Of a stretch of 64,000 bases of DNA, positions 13,110 to 24,412 are shown one piece after another. Within the stretch, counting starts at the first letter, position 1. Each line of letters begins with the position of its first letter. The stretch comes from Geosiphon pyriformis uo1. Its lineage: Eukaryota; Fungi; Glomeromycota. The stretch covers positions 252,347 to 316,346 of the forward strand of contig JAAOMT010000777.1 of the NCBI GenBank assembly GCA_016748015.1. The letters are read 5' to 3'. The notes beneath the pieces were generated by a model, which ran no database searches, was not told where the DNA came from, and saw only the letters and a program-made list of their open reading frames with translations. Both the position numbers and the translations under genes were made by a program.

Positions 13110-14405
13110 ATGATAATGGACTTGGACAACTACTCTGCCTTAATAGAATTTTTGGATAAAAGACAATATCCACCAGAATACATTCAACAGCAAAGAGAAC
13201 ATTTGTGTAAACAATCAAATTTCTATTTGATTCACCAGAACCAATTATATAAAAGAAACAGAAAAGATCCTGACTGTTCTCAAAGAGTCATAAGATTTGA
13301 AGAAAAAAAAATTGTGATCTATAATATGTACACTGATCTATTAGCTGGACACTTTGGAAAAACAAAAACAATTCAGAAAACTTTAGCTTGTTATTATTGG
13401 CCTATCTTGGGAAAAAACATTGCTGAGTACATAAAAACCTGTGATATCTGACAAAGAAGAGAAAAACCCAATTGAAAAGAAGATATCCATCCAATCTTTG
13501 TTGGTCAACTATTTGACAGAATTGGTATAGATGTTGTTAGATCTTTAACAATAACTCCTGATGACAACAGATACATTATCACAGCTACTAACTATCTTAC
13601 AAAGTGGGTAAAAGCAAAAGCCACTCCAGACCAAACAGCAGTCTCAATAGCCAATTTCATTTATGAAGATATTATCTGCCATAATGGCTGCCCCAAAGAA
13701 CTTTTATCTAATAGAGGAAGAGCTTTTCTTAGTACACTGATTGAAGAACTTTGTAGAAAAATGGGAATATGTCATAAACTTTCTTCCTCTTATCACTCCT
13801 AAACAAATAGCTTAGTAGAACATTTCAATAAAACATTATGTGAAACCCTAGCCAAAACCAGTAAAGAAACAAACTTATGGGACAAAGTACTGCTTTCAGC
13901 TTTGTTTGCTTATAGAACTGTGAATCATAACATAACAAGTTATGAACCTTTTTATCTGCTCTATAAACACATAGCAACATTACCAATAAAAACTAATATT
14001 GAAACAATACTCTTTGAAAAGATCACAATAGAAAATTACAAAAATATTTTGCAAAAAAAACTTGGTACCATTCTTAACTCTTTGGTAAAAGCATGAATAA
14101 TTGCTTTTGAAAAAATAAAACAGTTTCAAGAAAAGCTTAAAAGAAAAAAAACCTATAAAACACTTTTTTTAAGTGTTGATGACTTGATACTAGAATACCA
14201 TTCAGACAAAGACAATATTTATGGTGATAAATTTTCTAGCCAGTGGAAAGAACCCTTTATAGTTAACAAAGTTTTGAACAATGGTTTTTATATTCTTCAA
14301 AATCAATTTAGAACAATCTTCAATGATTATTTTGTTCACAGTACATGACTCAAGAAATATTATAAACGACTTGATTGGTTGCCTGTTGTGGTAATACCAA
14401 CTTAA
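13110..14405 (+). pseudogene. B1 integrase, separate ORF
   Basis: Own ATG; GHFG..TCDI zinc-finger remnant; RIGIDVV and FNKTLCETL core; ends WLPVVVIPT*. Confidence 0.9.
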
Positions 14406-14470
14406 ATGATCAACAAAAATCAAGTATAAATAAATGCATCATTCCCAAAACAGAGATATCTTCAATTAAC

Positions 14471-15127
14471 ATGGACAATTATTTTCTGGATCAAAACATT
14501 CAAAACACCTTCTATACTCTTCATGAATATTAGATCAAAAACTATCCAAATGCTACTCTGACCATTGGAAAACAGACCACCATAAATGATAACAGTGGAA
14601 CACATACTGTTATTAGACCAAAACAAACTACTACCAAAAGAGAAAGAATTGGTAGCAAAATGGATAAATATCTGTTGGAAAGTATAACAGTAGTTATACT
14701 TTTACTTTCTAGCACAATTGGAAAAACACTCCAAAAAATCTTACCTATAGACAAAAACTTGTCATATGAAAGGCAATTAGAACTCTATGGTCATCTTAAT
14801 AAAATTATAGAGAATATGAAACTCATAAAAAAAACAACTTTAGAGGTACAAACAGAAATTTTGGACATTATATGATTAGATATTTCAAGAGTTTTAACTA
14901 TTGCTAGAAAAGCCAAAACTCTAATACAAAGATTTGGTCTCTTGGATACAAAACTCATTTTGCCTCAAGTGTTATATACTTTATCCACAAAAGACTTCAA
15001 CAAACTAGTTAGCTTTGAGTTAGATAAAACTCTTTAAATAAATTACATCATAAATAGCTTGATTTTACCAAAGCTCAATCTCTTTAGAGAGAATGATGTT
15101 ATGGTTGAAACTTATACTTCTTATTAA
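14471..15127 (+). pseudogene. B1 ORF3 (219 codons, unknown function), reads through the PPT into the 3' LTR
   Basis: MDNYFLDQNIQNTF...LELYGHLNKII...LSTKDFNKLV...LFRENDVMVETYTSY*, a single frame with a few nonsense changes. Confidence 0.75.
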
Positions 15128-15848
15128 TTATCACATGTATTAGTCACTGATGTCACATAAATTAGCCACTCTATTTTTAGAAAGTGATTATTGACTTGAT
15201 TAATGACCTGACCATTGACCTGATTATTGACCTGATCATTGATCTGATTAATGACTTGATCATTGACCTGACCATTGACCTGATTATTGACTTAGTCATT
15301 GACCTAATTATTGATCACTTTTGACAACTATATAAGTAATGAATTTTTTAACTGTAGAAAAACATGAAGAAATCAAAGAAATCAAATAAATAAAATAACA
15401 ACTTTCATTTCATTTATTCTCTTATCACTAATTTTTCTTTCTCTATCTTCAAGTATCTGAACATCTTAAAGATAAAAGATTACTTGTTGGCATTTATCTA
15501 CTCTTTTCCTAAAACGTGTAATTACAGCATTTGAAGATTATTGAATAAAATGTGACTGAAGAGCACATCTAATACTTGATATTGAATTCTAAGAGCACCA
15601 ACATAAGACATAGAATTATACCAAGTGTAATTATTTGTTAACAGTACAGACTATCTCTCTATCTTTAGATTTCCTGGTTATCTTTTGAAAAGTACAGTGA
15701 CTGAAATATTTTATGAGACTAATCTTGCATATTGAATTTATACTTATTCAATTTGCTCTTTGAAATTAAATTCCCTTTGATTATTTCCATCATCCTACAA
15801 TCCTGTTCTCTCTTGTTATTCATTAGCTTGTTACTCTAATTCATAACA
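15097..15848 (+). repeat. B1 3' LTR
   Basis: Homologous to 8075-8792; preceded by the purine tract AGAGAGAATGA. Confidence 0.95.
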
Positions 15849-15852
15849 ATAC

Positions 15853-16211
15853 TAATTAATTGAGGATTAAAGTGCTGAATTATTGATTTCACAGATAGTC
15901 TGGTAAAAGACCCAAAAATAAAGGTAAAAATATATATATTAACAGATAGCTTACCAGAAGAGCACAACTGCCAAAATAAACCGGCCACTATACTGAAAAC
16001 AGAAATTGGGAAACTACTCACCAACCAAACACACCATTATTAAATCTCTGTCTATTATATAAAGAACTTAATCTAAACCTTCAGACAACAACATCTTCAG
16101 ATAATAAAGACAACATACCAATACTACCAACATCATCCATCTTAGTAGTTATTAAGCACCAAGTTACAGATTTGTTATTTGATTTGAGACCCCAAATAAT
16201 CATCTGTAACA
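15853..16211 (+). repeat. A1 5' LTR, right part
   Basis: Matches 39051-39409; ends TGTAACA. Confidence 0.9.
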
Positions 16212-16213
16212 TT

Positions 16214-16230
16214 TGGTGCTCCCTGTAAGG
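16214..16230 (+). promoter_or_regulatory. Primer binding site of A1
   Basis: TGGTGCTCCCTGTAAGG, 2 nt after the LTR; complementary to a tRNA ending ...GGGAGCACCA (elongator Met or Ile-like, inference). Confidence 0.8.
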
Positions 16231-16273
16231 TATAATCTTACAGAGAACCAGCACTAACTACACTCATCCAAAA

Positions 16274-19200
16274 GTGGCAGAATCAGAATCAATAGAAGCA
16301 AACCATTTAAGATTCACAAAATCCTTATTTTAACACTACTGTCAACATTTGGGATTAAATCACAATTACATATCAGCAGAATCAGTTTTTAATTTCTACA
16401 TTAACGAGAAAATTGTCTATTTGTTAGGAACACCAGTAAATACTGAGTCAGTAAGGAAAATCTTTTATAATGAATTAATTCAAAACACTAGCCTACCAAC
16501 AAACCACAATTTTGCATCTATCATTATAGAAATCAATAAAGAAATTGAACATCACACCCAACAAAGATACCCAATTATATACACTAGTAAAGGAAAAAAA
16601 AAACTGCAAACACCAACAGTAACACCCCAAAGGATACAACTACCGATTTGGAAGAAAATCAGAGTTAAGTCACCAAACAACCCATTCTACCACTATACAC
16701 TTGAAAATACTATCAACATAACATTAGCAGGCACGTTCACATCAAACATGACATCAACATTTTGCCAATTTTTATTTCAGAGTAAACAAAAAAAAGCAGA
16801 ATTATTAAGAACCTATGACAATTATTTTGAAAAATTTAAATTACAATTGCCAATACCATTAGAATTCTGATCACTGCCACCTTAACCAGATTTCGGAAAT
16901 GCAAGTTTCTGGGAGATAACAAAATCAGATAAGAAAGAAAAAAAAAAAGCTGAAAATCAAAAGTTTACTTATCAGAACCTGATTTCAGAAAATCCGAACA
17001 TTGAAACCCCAAATTTTCAGACTTAGCAAAATCCAAATTTAGAAAATCTGGAAGTCGAAACTCCAAATTTTCAAACACAGCAAAATCAGAACGATCAAAA
17101 CCCCAACATTAATAACTAACAATACTTACTTCTAGTAATCATCATCAACCCCTCACCAGTTAACACACTACAACAACCATTATCACTACAATTTCTGATT
17201 TAATTACTATCACAACAACAACTGAACTTGGATCCAATGGTCTACACTCCAATAGCAAAACTCAAAAAGTTCACCAGCAAAGAAGATAATGCCCAAATAT
17301 GGCTCAATGATATTGAAAAAGCCATTACAGCCAATGGATGAAATGACGCAAAAGCACTCCAAGCCATCTCCTATTTCTTACAAGATACTGCCAACTCATG
17401 ATATCAAAGTTTAGCCACTAAACCTCAAACATTTTAGGAATTTAATATTGCATTCTTAGGATATTTCAGTAATAATAAGAGCATTAATTGCCTAGTAAAC
17501 ACTTTCATCACCATCAAACAAGGAGAAAATGAAGCAGTCACTACTTACTTAAGATGCTTTCACAGAAATCTGCACCAAATTCAGGCAATCCAGACTGATT
17601 ATTTTACAGCACCATAAATCTTAAATCAATTTATTTGAGACCTATGCAGTAGCATCCTCCAGCGTGTATGCCTGATGCATCCAGCAGACCTTCAAGCTGC
17701 AGTTACCAATGCCAGAGATTTTAAAGCAGCAGAATTAGAAGCCAATCACATTTAAGCTGTTAATCTAGTAATGAACAGATCATCTGAATTGGATTCTAAG
17801 TTAAAACAATTCAGTAATTCCATTAACCAAAAATTAGAGAGATACTTAGCTAACAATCAGACAATTTATCAATCTCTATAATGATGTAATAATCAAGAAA
17901 ACGTGAATTGTTTCCAGAATTAGTCACATTCATTATCCTCAACCAATTAACAGTAGTAGCAAAAGACATGTGTTTGCCACTATTGTAGTAAACAAGAACA
18001 TCTACAAATTGACTGTTGCCATTGCTTAAATAATCAATGATCAAAGAATCAATATTGAAACTCCGATTGCTGGTTTTAAACTCTGAATAACCCATCAAAC
18101 TCAGAACCATATCATCAAAATTACCTACCTATAACACAGCAGCAAATTTATCAACCACCAATTTATCAGCTCTCAGTACTCATCATTTATCAACTGTAGT
18201 CCCAACCTATCTATTAGTTGCAGCCTTAAGTAATCTATCAACCCCACCAGATTCAAACACTGTCACAAAACTTACATTAAAATGGAACCCAAAGGCTGAG
18301 ACTAACACAACAAAGCTGGAGATTGTCAATAATAGTCCATTAACCAATCCCCAGTCCCTTCACACAACCATCAAGATTACAACAATGGAATTTGGGCACT
18401 GGGTACACCCAAAACTCGAATTTCCAGAACTATTTAAGTCTCCTGGTTACTTTAGAAGACACCACATCTAACAATTCGGAACTCAACTAGAAGCAGCCAC
18501 TTACCAGTAATATTCTACCAGCAACTATCTCCAATAACAAATCTTTAGCAGCTATCTTTCCTTTTGAACTCGAGAAAACCATACCAGTCTCATTATTCAG
18601 TGAAGCTGCTCTTAACACCAAACCAATTACCACCATGTACACTAACATGAAAGTTGATGGCCATGTCATCAAACTGATCCTAGACAGTGGATCAGCTAAT
18701 AGCATTATTATAAGACAACTCATGAACCAATTAGGTCGCCAAGTTGATCATGCTACCAGTGCTAGGATTATAACCACTGATGGAGCAACCAAAACTTCTA
18801 TTGGCAAGATTAATGACTTCCCCATCAAAATCAATGGTATTATTGTCCTAATCAAAGTACTGGTCATGGAAGCCATCTAATACCAAGTACTTGTAGGTAA
18901 TAATTGCTAGATTGGAATACACAGGAGCTTCAACTCAGCCAAAATGGCTGACACACATGTGTACCAGTCACGTGTGGCCATTTCAAGACCACCAACACAC
19001 CAGTACCACTTATTGACTTTAAGGAAAAAGAAAAGAAACCTACCTGAGAAGCCTATCAAGTATTATAGGCTGAAAAGAACCACAATAAGTTGCTGCCAAT
19101 ACTCTCTTGAGATAACAAGGGAAAAAAAAGACAACAGAAAGAACTTATCTGAAATACCAACCAAGCCCGGGAAACCAACAATGATCAAGACGAACTAACC

Positions 19201-19648
19201 TGGAAGTAGAAAGAAGATAATAATAAAAGAAAAAGAAACAACACTTACCAACAACACTTATAGTCCATACACTTATACTACATTATAACCATCTGACTAT
19301 TGCCAACCAAAATTGGTATACATCGATTGTGACATGAAATTGTCATCAATAGGTACATGCTATGGCAATAACAAAAAATACTCCACAGCAACCAGATTCT
19401 ATTGTTGCTTATGCATCATAGAGTGCTTTGAATGACCAAAACAGCAAGGAAAATGGGACAATAAACCATGTCTCGCATGTAAAACTATTTTGCCTGACAA
19501 AGGAATGTGGAATGACATTTCTGGATAAGAAGAAATGTGCAATAAGATGTGTTAGTATATGATTCTAATCAATAACTGGATATGCAAGGAAACACTAATT
19601 GACAATGCCTGAAAATGAGTGTTGCAATGATTGGAAAGATATTCCCAT
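16274..19648 (+). pseudogene. A1 gag, protease and Cys-rich region (5' part of the polyprotein)
   Basis: GTG start; MVYTPIAKLKKF capsid start; CHYCSKQEH..DC knuckle; LILDSGS protease (~18674). Interrupted by element C. Confidence 0.85.
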
Positions 19649-20620
19649 TGTTACCAGAGGTTTTTGGTCTCTTTTCTTAAATGTTGTTGATGCTTGTTTG
19701 CTGTTTTATTCACGACTAGAGGAAGTAGTTGAACCTTCGATAACTGAATTTATCTTCAAATTATCTCCTATAATTTGAACCGCTGGGCTTATAAGTGGAA
19801 TGGCCAATTCCGTGCCAGTTACTTTATGTAGTTACGTTGTAGTAAACGTCAACTCTTTCCCAGGAATTGCTCGTCTGGAAGCTCACTAAAAATGTGTAGT
19901 TACTTTGCTGTGAAAGTCAACTCTTCTACAGGAATCTCGTCTGTAGGCTACCCAAATGATTATGATAAGAAAAGAAAGAGAAAAATAAAAGAAACGTAAA
20001 GAAATAGAATTTTGTCAAGGAAACGTTTTCTATCCAGGCCTGGAGTCACTAACAGATTACTGAAATTGGTAGCTAATCAATTTCAAAATGTTAGTTGTGT
20101 TGAGAGAATTTCAAGTGTAATAATCAAAGGATTTGGTTTTCGAATATTTAATTTTTATTTGAGATATGTAAAAAAAGTGATTTGTTCTAATTAAGATACC
20201 TAAAGTAAGATACTATGGTAGGATATGAGAAGATACATTTTCTTGAAGAGAGAAGCTCTTCTTTTATACAACTTGTTGTAGTACTAGTCTTTGAACTTGC
20301 ACTTTTTCTTTTTTCTAGAATTTCGGTGAACTAAAGATACATTTCGGCGAACTACAAGTTATTTCGCTGAACTATGAATTATTTCGGCCAATTTTCATTA
20401 ATTTCGGCGAATTTTGGCTATGTTATATGGTTCAGGGTATTGTGTAAATTGATCATCTCAATTTCTATGGTCCAAATCGGGTTATTGATTAAATGATGAT
20501 AATTGCTAATTTGATTAAATAATAAGTGAAATTCGAAACGATAATAATATATGCTAATTAATGATAGGAATTATAAAGGAAATTTCATGCTAATTAATAG
20601 CTAAAATTCTACTGGTAACA
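19649..20620 (-). repeat. Element C 3' LTR
   Basis: TGTTACCAG...CTGGTAACA; near-identical to 23438-24408; ~19-bp ATTTCGGCGAA repeats in U3. Confidence 0.97.
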
Positions 20621-21308
20621 TAATCTCCTCCTCAAGACTGAGCTCCGTCGAAGTCCAAGCACTATCTGTGATATTAAGATAGTAGTCAAAAATGATTGAA
20701 GTGATCTGGTCTGAAAATTGTTGAAATTTCAGTTCTGTGAGTTTTCCAATATACTGAATCTTCATTTGTTGAAGTATTGGGTTTTGTAGGACATTTTCGC
20801 AAGTGTTGAACAAATCATAGAGTCTAAAAGCTGCTCTAAGTTTGTAGCGAGTGTTTGTTGGTCCAGCTGCTGTCTTGAATTCGTTATGAATTTGTTTTTG
20901 TATAGCTTCAGGAGTGAGGTTTGTTGCTTCAAGTTCCAGTTTTCGTTCATAAAGTGTTTTTCCAATATGAAAGTATCTATAAATAAGGGTATGTTCATTG
21001 TTTTGTTCATTAAGCAGTAGTAGAAGTTTTTGTTGGATTGTGGCATTTGGTGAAATGTCAATAGGAGCAAATAAGAGGTTTTCTTTTAGCGCTTGCTCTA
21101 CAAGTTCTGGTAATTGTTTTCCAGACTGACTTCTAGCTTTTCTTCTATAAGGGTGATAATTCTGAGAATTGTTGACTGCTGGGGCTGGGGTTTCTTTTTG
21201 AATGTAATTAATTTGACTTCCATTAATTGTTATGGATAAGTCAGGAAGTGTTCTCAAGGCTAACATTAATTTTTTGGATATTTGTTGAATATTTCGGGGG
21301 ATAATCAT
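20601..21308 (-). CDS. Element C ORF3, intact 235-aa protein of unknown function
   Basis: Uninterrupted ATG-to-stop ORF; the last codons cover the PPT and the first 20 nt of the LTR; similar to family-B ORF3. Confidence 0.85.
   Translation of the reverse strand: MIIPRNIQQISKKLMLALRTLPDLSITINGSQINYIQKETPAPAVNNSQNYHPYRRKARSQSGKQLPELVEQALKENLLFAPIDISPNATIQQKLLLLLNEQNNEHTLIYRYFHIGKTLYERKLELEATNLTPEAIQKQIHNEFKTAAGPTNTRYKLRAAFRLYDLFNTCENVLQNPILQQMKIQYIGKLTELKFQQFSDQITSIIFDYYLNITDSAWTSTELSLEEEIMLPVEF
20621..20633 (-). promoter_or_regulatory. Polypurine tract of element C
   Basis: GAGGAGGAGATTA immediately 5' of the 3' LTR on the minus strand. Confidence 0.8.
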
Positions 21309-21448
21309 GATAAAAATGACTAAAAGAATAAAGAAATTATTTTTGGGTATAGGGTTTTTATTTGTTTTTGGTTTTGGGTTTTCTTTTGAATTTATTTACT
21401 ATTTTTTTCTGTATTATTAAAGGGGTTATAATATGCTAAATTAAGTGT

Positions 21449-23392
21449 TCAAGTTTGGTTGTTTGTAGAAGGGTTTTGTCTTGGTGCTGCAACTTCACCT
21501 TCAAAAAGTGCAGTTTGTTGAAAATTCTGTTCCTCTGGCATTGTTAAGTAACTTGGTTGTGTTTGGTAATGATTATGTCTCTGTTGAATCGGATTTCTGG
21601 GTACCAATTGATTGTTGGAGCTAGTTCTGTTGTTGTTGTTTTGAAAACGATTTTGTGGTGTGAATTGATTTTGTTGAGTGATTCTCCTAGCAGGTACTTG
21701 GTATTGTTGAACCGGAGGTGGTTGTTGATATTGTGCAATTGGTGGAGGTTGTTGGTATGGCTGTTGCATTAGTTGGGGAGCGGGTTGATAATGGTTGTTC
21801 TGGTACTGTGGTCTTGGTGAATAATAAGCTGGTGGTGGTGGAGATTGATAGTACGATTGTTGTGGTTGGGAATAACGTTGATTATTCCTTTGCTGCTGGT
21901 CTCTTTGCAACTTCCTACAATCTCGTTTCCAATGTCCTGGAATTCCACAATAGTGGCAATTCTGGGGTTGACCAATGGGTGCTGATTAGAAGTTTCCTTG
22001 GTTCCGTCGTTGGGGTGGTTGATATCTTTGCGATTGTTGCTGCGGTTGTTGTTGATTGGTGAAGTAGTTTTCAACTTTCTTGGTAAGCTGGTCAATTTTC
22101 TCTTCAGCTGCTGAGCTGGTTTCACCAATGGCAAGGTTAACAAGCTTTGTGCGGTTAGCTTCTTTCATAGCCATTTCGTAATTTTTCGCATGGCGAATGG
22201 CAGTAGCTAAATCTTCTGGGTTGTGTGGGCGAACTTTCTTGATCAGTTTGTCCTTTAGTCCAGCAATAAATTGATCCAAAATCTGAGCGTTGGAGTAATA
22301 TTCATCGGTTTCCAATTGGCGAATTCTTCTGAGTAGTTTGTTGAACTTTCCAAGGTAGGTCATGACTGATTCTGATGGATCTTGCTTAATGTTTCGGAAT
22401 CGGTTTCGGAGTGTGATAGAGGTGTTGTTGTCGGTGAACTGTTGAAGAAAAGCATCTTTGAATGCTTGCCAGTTTTCAAATGGTCCTTCCAAATTTTCGA
22501 ACCATTCTCCGGCCGTTCCTTGGAGAAAGTAAGGAATTGCTTTGAGCATTCTGGCTGCATTCCATCCATTCGTATCTCCTGCTTTCGAAACTTTGTCAAG
22601 CCATTCTTGAGGACTGGTATCGCTATCTTCACCAGTAAATTCGGGAATTTTTGCAATATAAGCGGTTGCCATTTCTTCGTTTTCAAGGTCTTCTGGTTCT
22701 TCCTGTTCTGATTCAGTTCCTTCGCTTTCTAGGTTCTCAGAATGATTACTTTGATTTTCTTGTAAGTAATCAAGAAGGTTGGTGCTAGTTGATATTGGTT
22801 CCTGCTGTTGAGTAGGATTCTTTGGTGACTGAAAATCTTCTATTCTCAAGAACCGGACAAGTAGTGAATCTGGTGTCTGTGGTTGAGCAAGTGAAGCAGG
22901 AAACGGTGTAAGGGATAGTGGTAGTTTGATATTGGTTCTTTGTTCTGGTGTTTGTAGATGTTTGGCAGTTGTCTTTGGAGTTTTTGGAGTATTGGGGGTG
23001 GTGCTGAAAAGTTGTTTCTGTTTCTGTTTGCCTTTATTGCTTGTTTCTGTCTCTGATTCGAAACCTAGAGAAAATTGTTGTGGGACTGGGTATTTTTCTT
23101 CACAGTATTGGATGATATTAAAATCAAGTTCTTGAAAGTAGGTGGCAATTGTTTCACTGTTGAGCTCCTCAGTATTTAGACGAGAATAGTGTAGTAAGTT
23201 GTTGTAGAGGTTGCTTTTGACTTCAGTAATGTTGTAATCTCCAAATAGGTAGTTGTTGAATCGGTTTTCGATGTATTGGTATAATGATTTCTTAAATGCC
23301 TCAATTCCGTCTTGGATGTTGAATCTTTGCTTGCAGTGAGTGTAAATCGACTGGTAGTACTCTAGAGTTGTTATGTCTGAAGCAGACGCCAC
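21449..23392 (-). CDS. gag: Element C gag (647 codons, one in-frame TAA at 21988-21986)
   Basis: ORFs 21986-23392 and 21449-21910 are in the same frame. Capsid-like AYIAKIPEFTGED..PQEWLDKV; the knuckle CHYCGIPGHWKRDC follows the TAA; GTG start. Confidence 0.9.
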
Positions 23393-23417
23393 TTTGAAGT
23401 TGTTGTTGCTGTGTTGT

Positions 23418-23435
23418 TTCCGTGGGAGAGCACCA
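23418..23435 (-). promoter_or_regulatory. Primer binding site of element C
   Basis: TGGTGCTCTCCCACGGAA, 2 nt after the 5' LTR. Confidence 0.85.
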
Positions 23436-23437
23436 AA

Positions 23438-24408
23438 TGTTACCGGAGGTTTTTGGTCTCTTTTCTTAAATGTTGTTGATGCTTGTTTGCTGTTTTATTC
23501 ACGACTAGAGGAAGTAGTTGAACCTTCGATAACTGAATTTATCTTCAAATTATCTCCTATAATTTGAACCGCTGGGCTTATAAGTGGAATGGCCAATTCC
23601 GTGCCAGTTACTTTATGTAGTTACGTTGTAGTAAACGTCAACTCTTTCCCAGGAATTGCTTGTCTGGAAGCTCACTAAAAATGTGTAGTTACTTTGCTGT
23701 GAAAGTCAACTCTTCTACAGGAATCTCGTCTGTAGGCTACTCAAATGATTATGATAAGAAAAGAAAGAGAAAAATAAAAGAAACGTAAAGAAATAGAATT
23801 TTGTCAAGGAAACGTTTTCTATCCAGGCCTGGAGTCACTAACAGATTACTGAAATTGGTAGCTAATCAATTTCAAAATGTTAGTTGTGTTGAGAGAATTT
23901 CAAGTGTAATAATCAAAGGATTTGGTTTTCGAATATTTAATTTTTATTTGAGATTGTAAAAAAAGTGATTTGTTCTAATTAAGATACCTAAAGTAAGATA
24001 CTATGGTAGGATATGAGAAGATACATTTTCTTGAAGAGAGAAGCTCTTCTTTTATACAACTTGTTGTAGTACTAGTCTTTGAACTTGCACTTTTTCTTTT
24101 TTCTAGAATTTCGGTGAACTAAAGATACATTTCGGCGAACTACAAGTTATTTCGCTGAACTATGAATTATTTCGGCCAATTTTCATTAATTTCGGCGAAT
24201 TTTGGCTATGTTATATGGTTCAGGGTATTGTGTAAATTGATCATCTCAATTTCTATGGTCCAAATCGGGTTATTGATTAAATGATGATAATTGCTAATTT
24301 GATTAAATAATAAGTGAAATTCGAAACGATAATAATATATGCTAATTAATGATAGGAATTATAAAGGAAATTTCATGCTAATTAATAGCTAAAATTCTAC
24401 TGGTAACA
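23438..24408 (-). repeat. Element C 5' LTR
   Basis: Near-identical to 19649-20620; adjacent to the PBS. Confidence 0.97.
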
Positions 24409-24412
24409 CCAT

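Larger units (their letters stand above)
8075..15848 (+). mobile_element. Ty3/Gypsy family B copy B1, full length, decayed
   Basis: Paired LTRs, PBS and gag-PR-RT-RH, INT, ORF3. Perfect TSD ATAC (8071-8074/15849-15852); the empty site is visible at ~39047. Confidence 0.95.
19649..24408 (-). mobile_element. Young non-autonomous LTR retroelement C (gag + ORF3, no pol)
   Basis: LTRs of 972/971 bp with about 4 differences; perfect TSD CCAT (19645-19648/24409-24412); PBS and PPT present; CpGs retained. Confidence 0.95.

Noticed and set aside
18075-18081. TTTAAAC slippery site in A1
   Set aside because: Wrong phase, probably produced by CAA>TAA decay, absent in A2, and family A gag-pol is in one frame.
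19649-20620. Retrozyme (hammerhead ribozyme in the LTR of a non-autonomous element with 4-bp TSD)
   Set aside because: No CTGANGA hammerhead core found by eye on either strand, and the element is protein-coding.
20601-21308. ORF3 as an envelope gene
   Set aside because: No signal peptide or transmembrane stretch visible, and the protein is short.
21557-23567. Antisense and alternative-frame ORFs over gag and other TE ORFs in the track
   Set aside because: Shadows of Q/P/N-rich coding sequence with no motifs and no conservation between copies.
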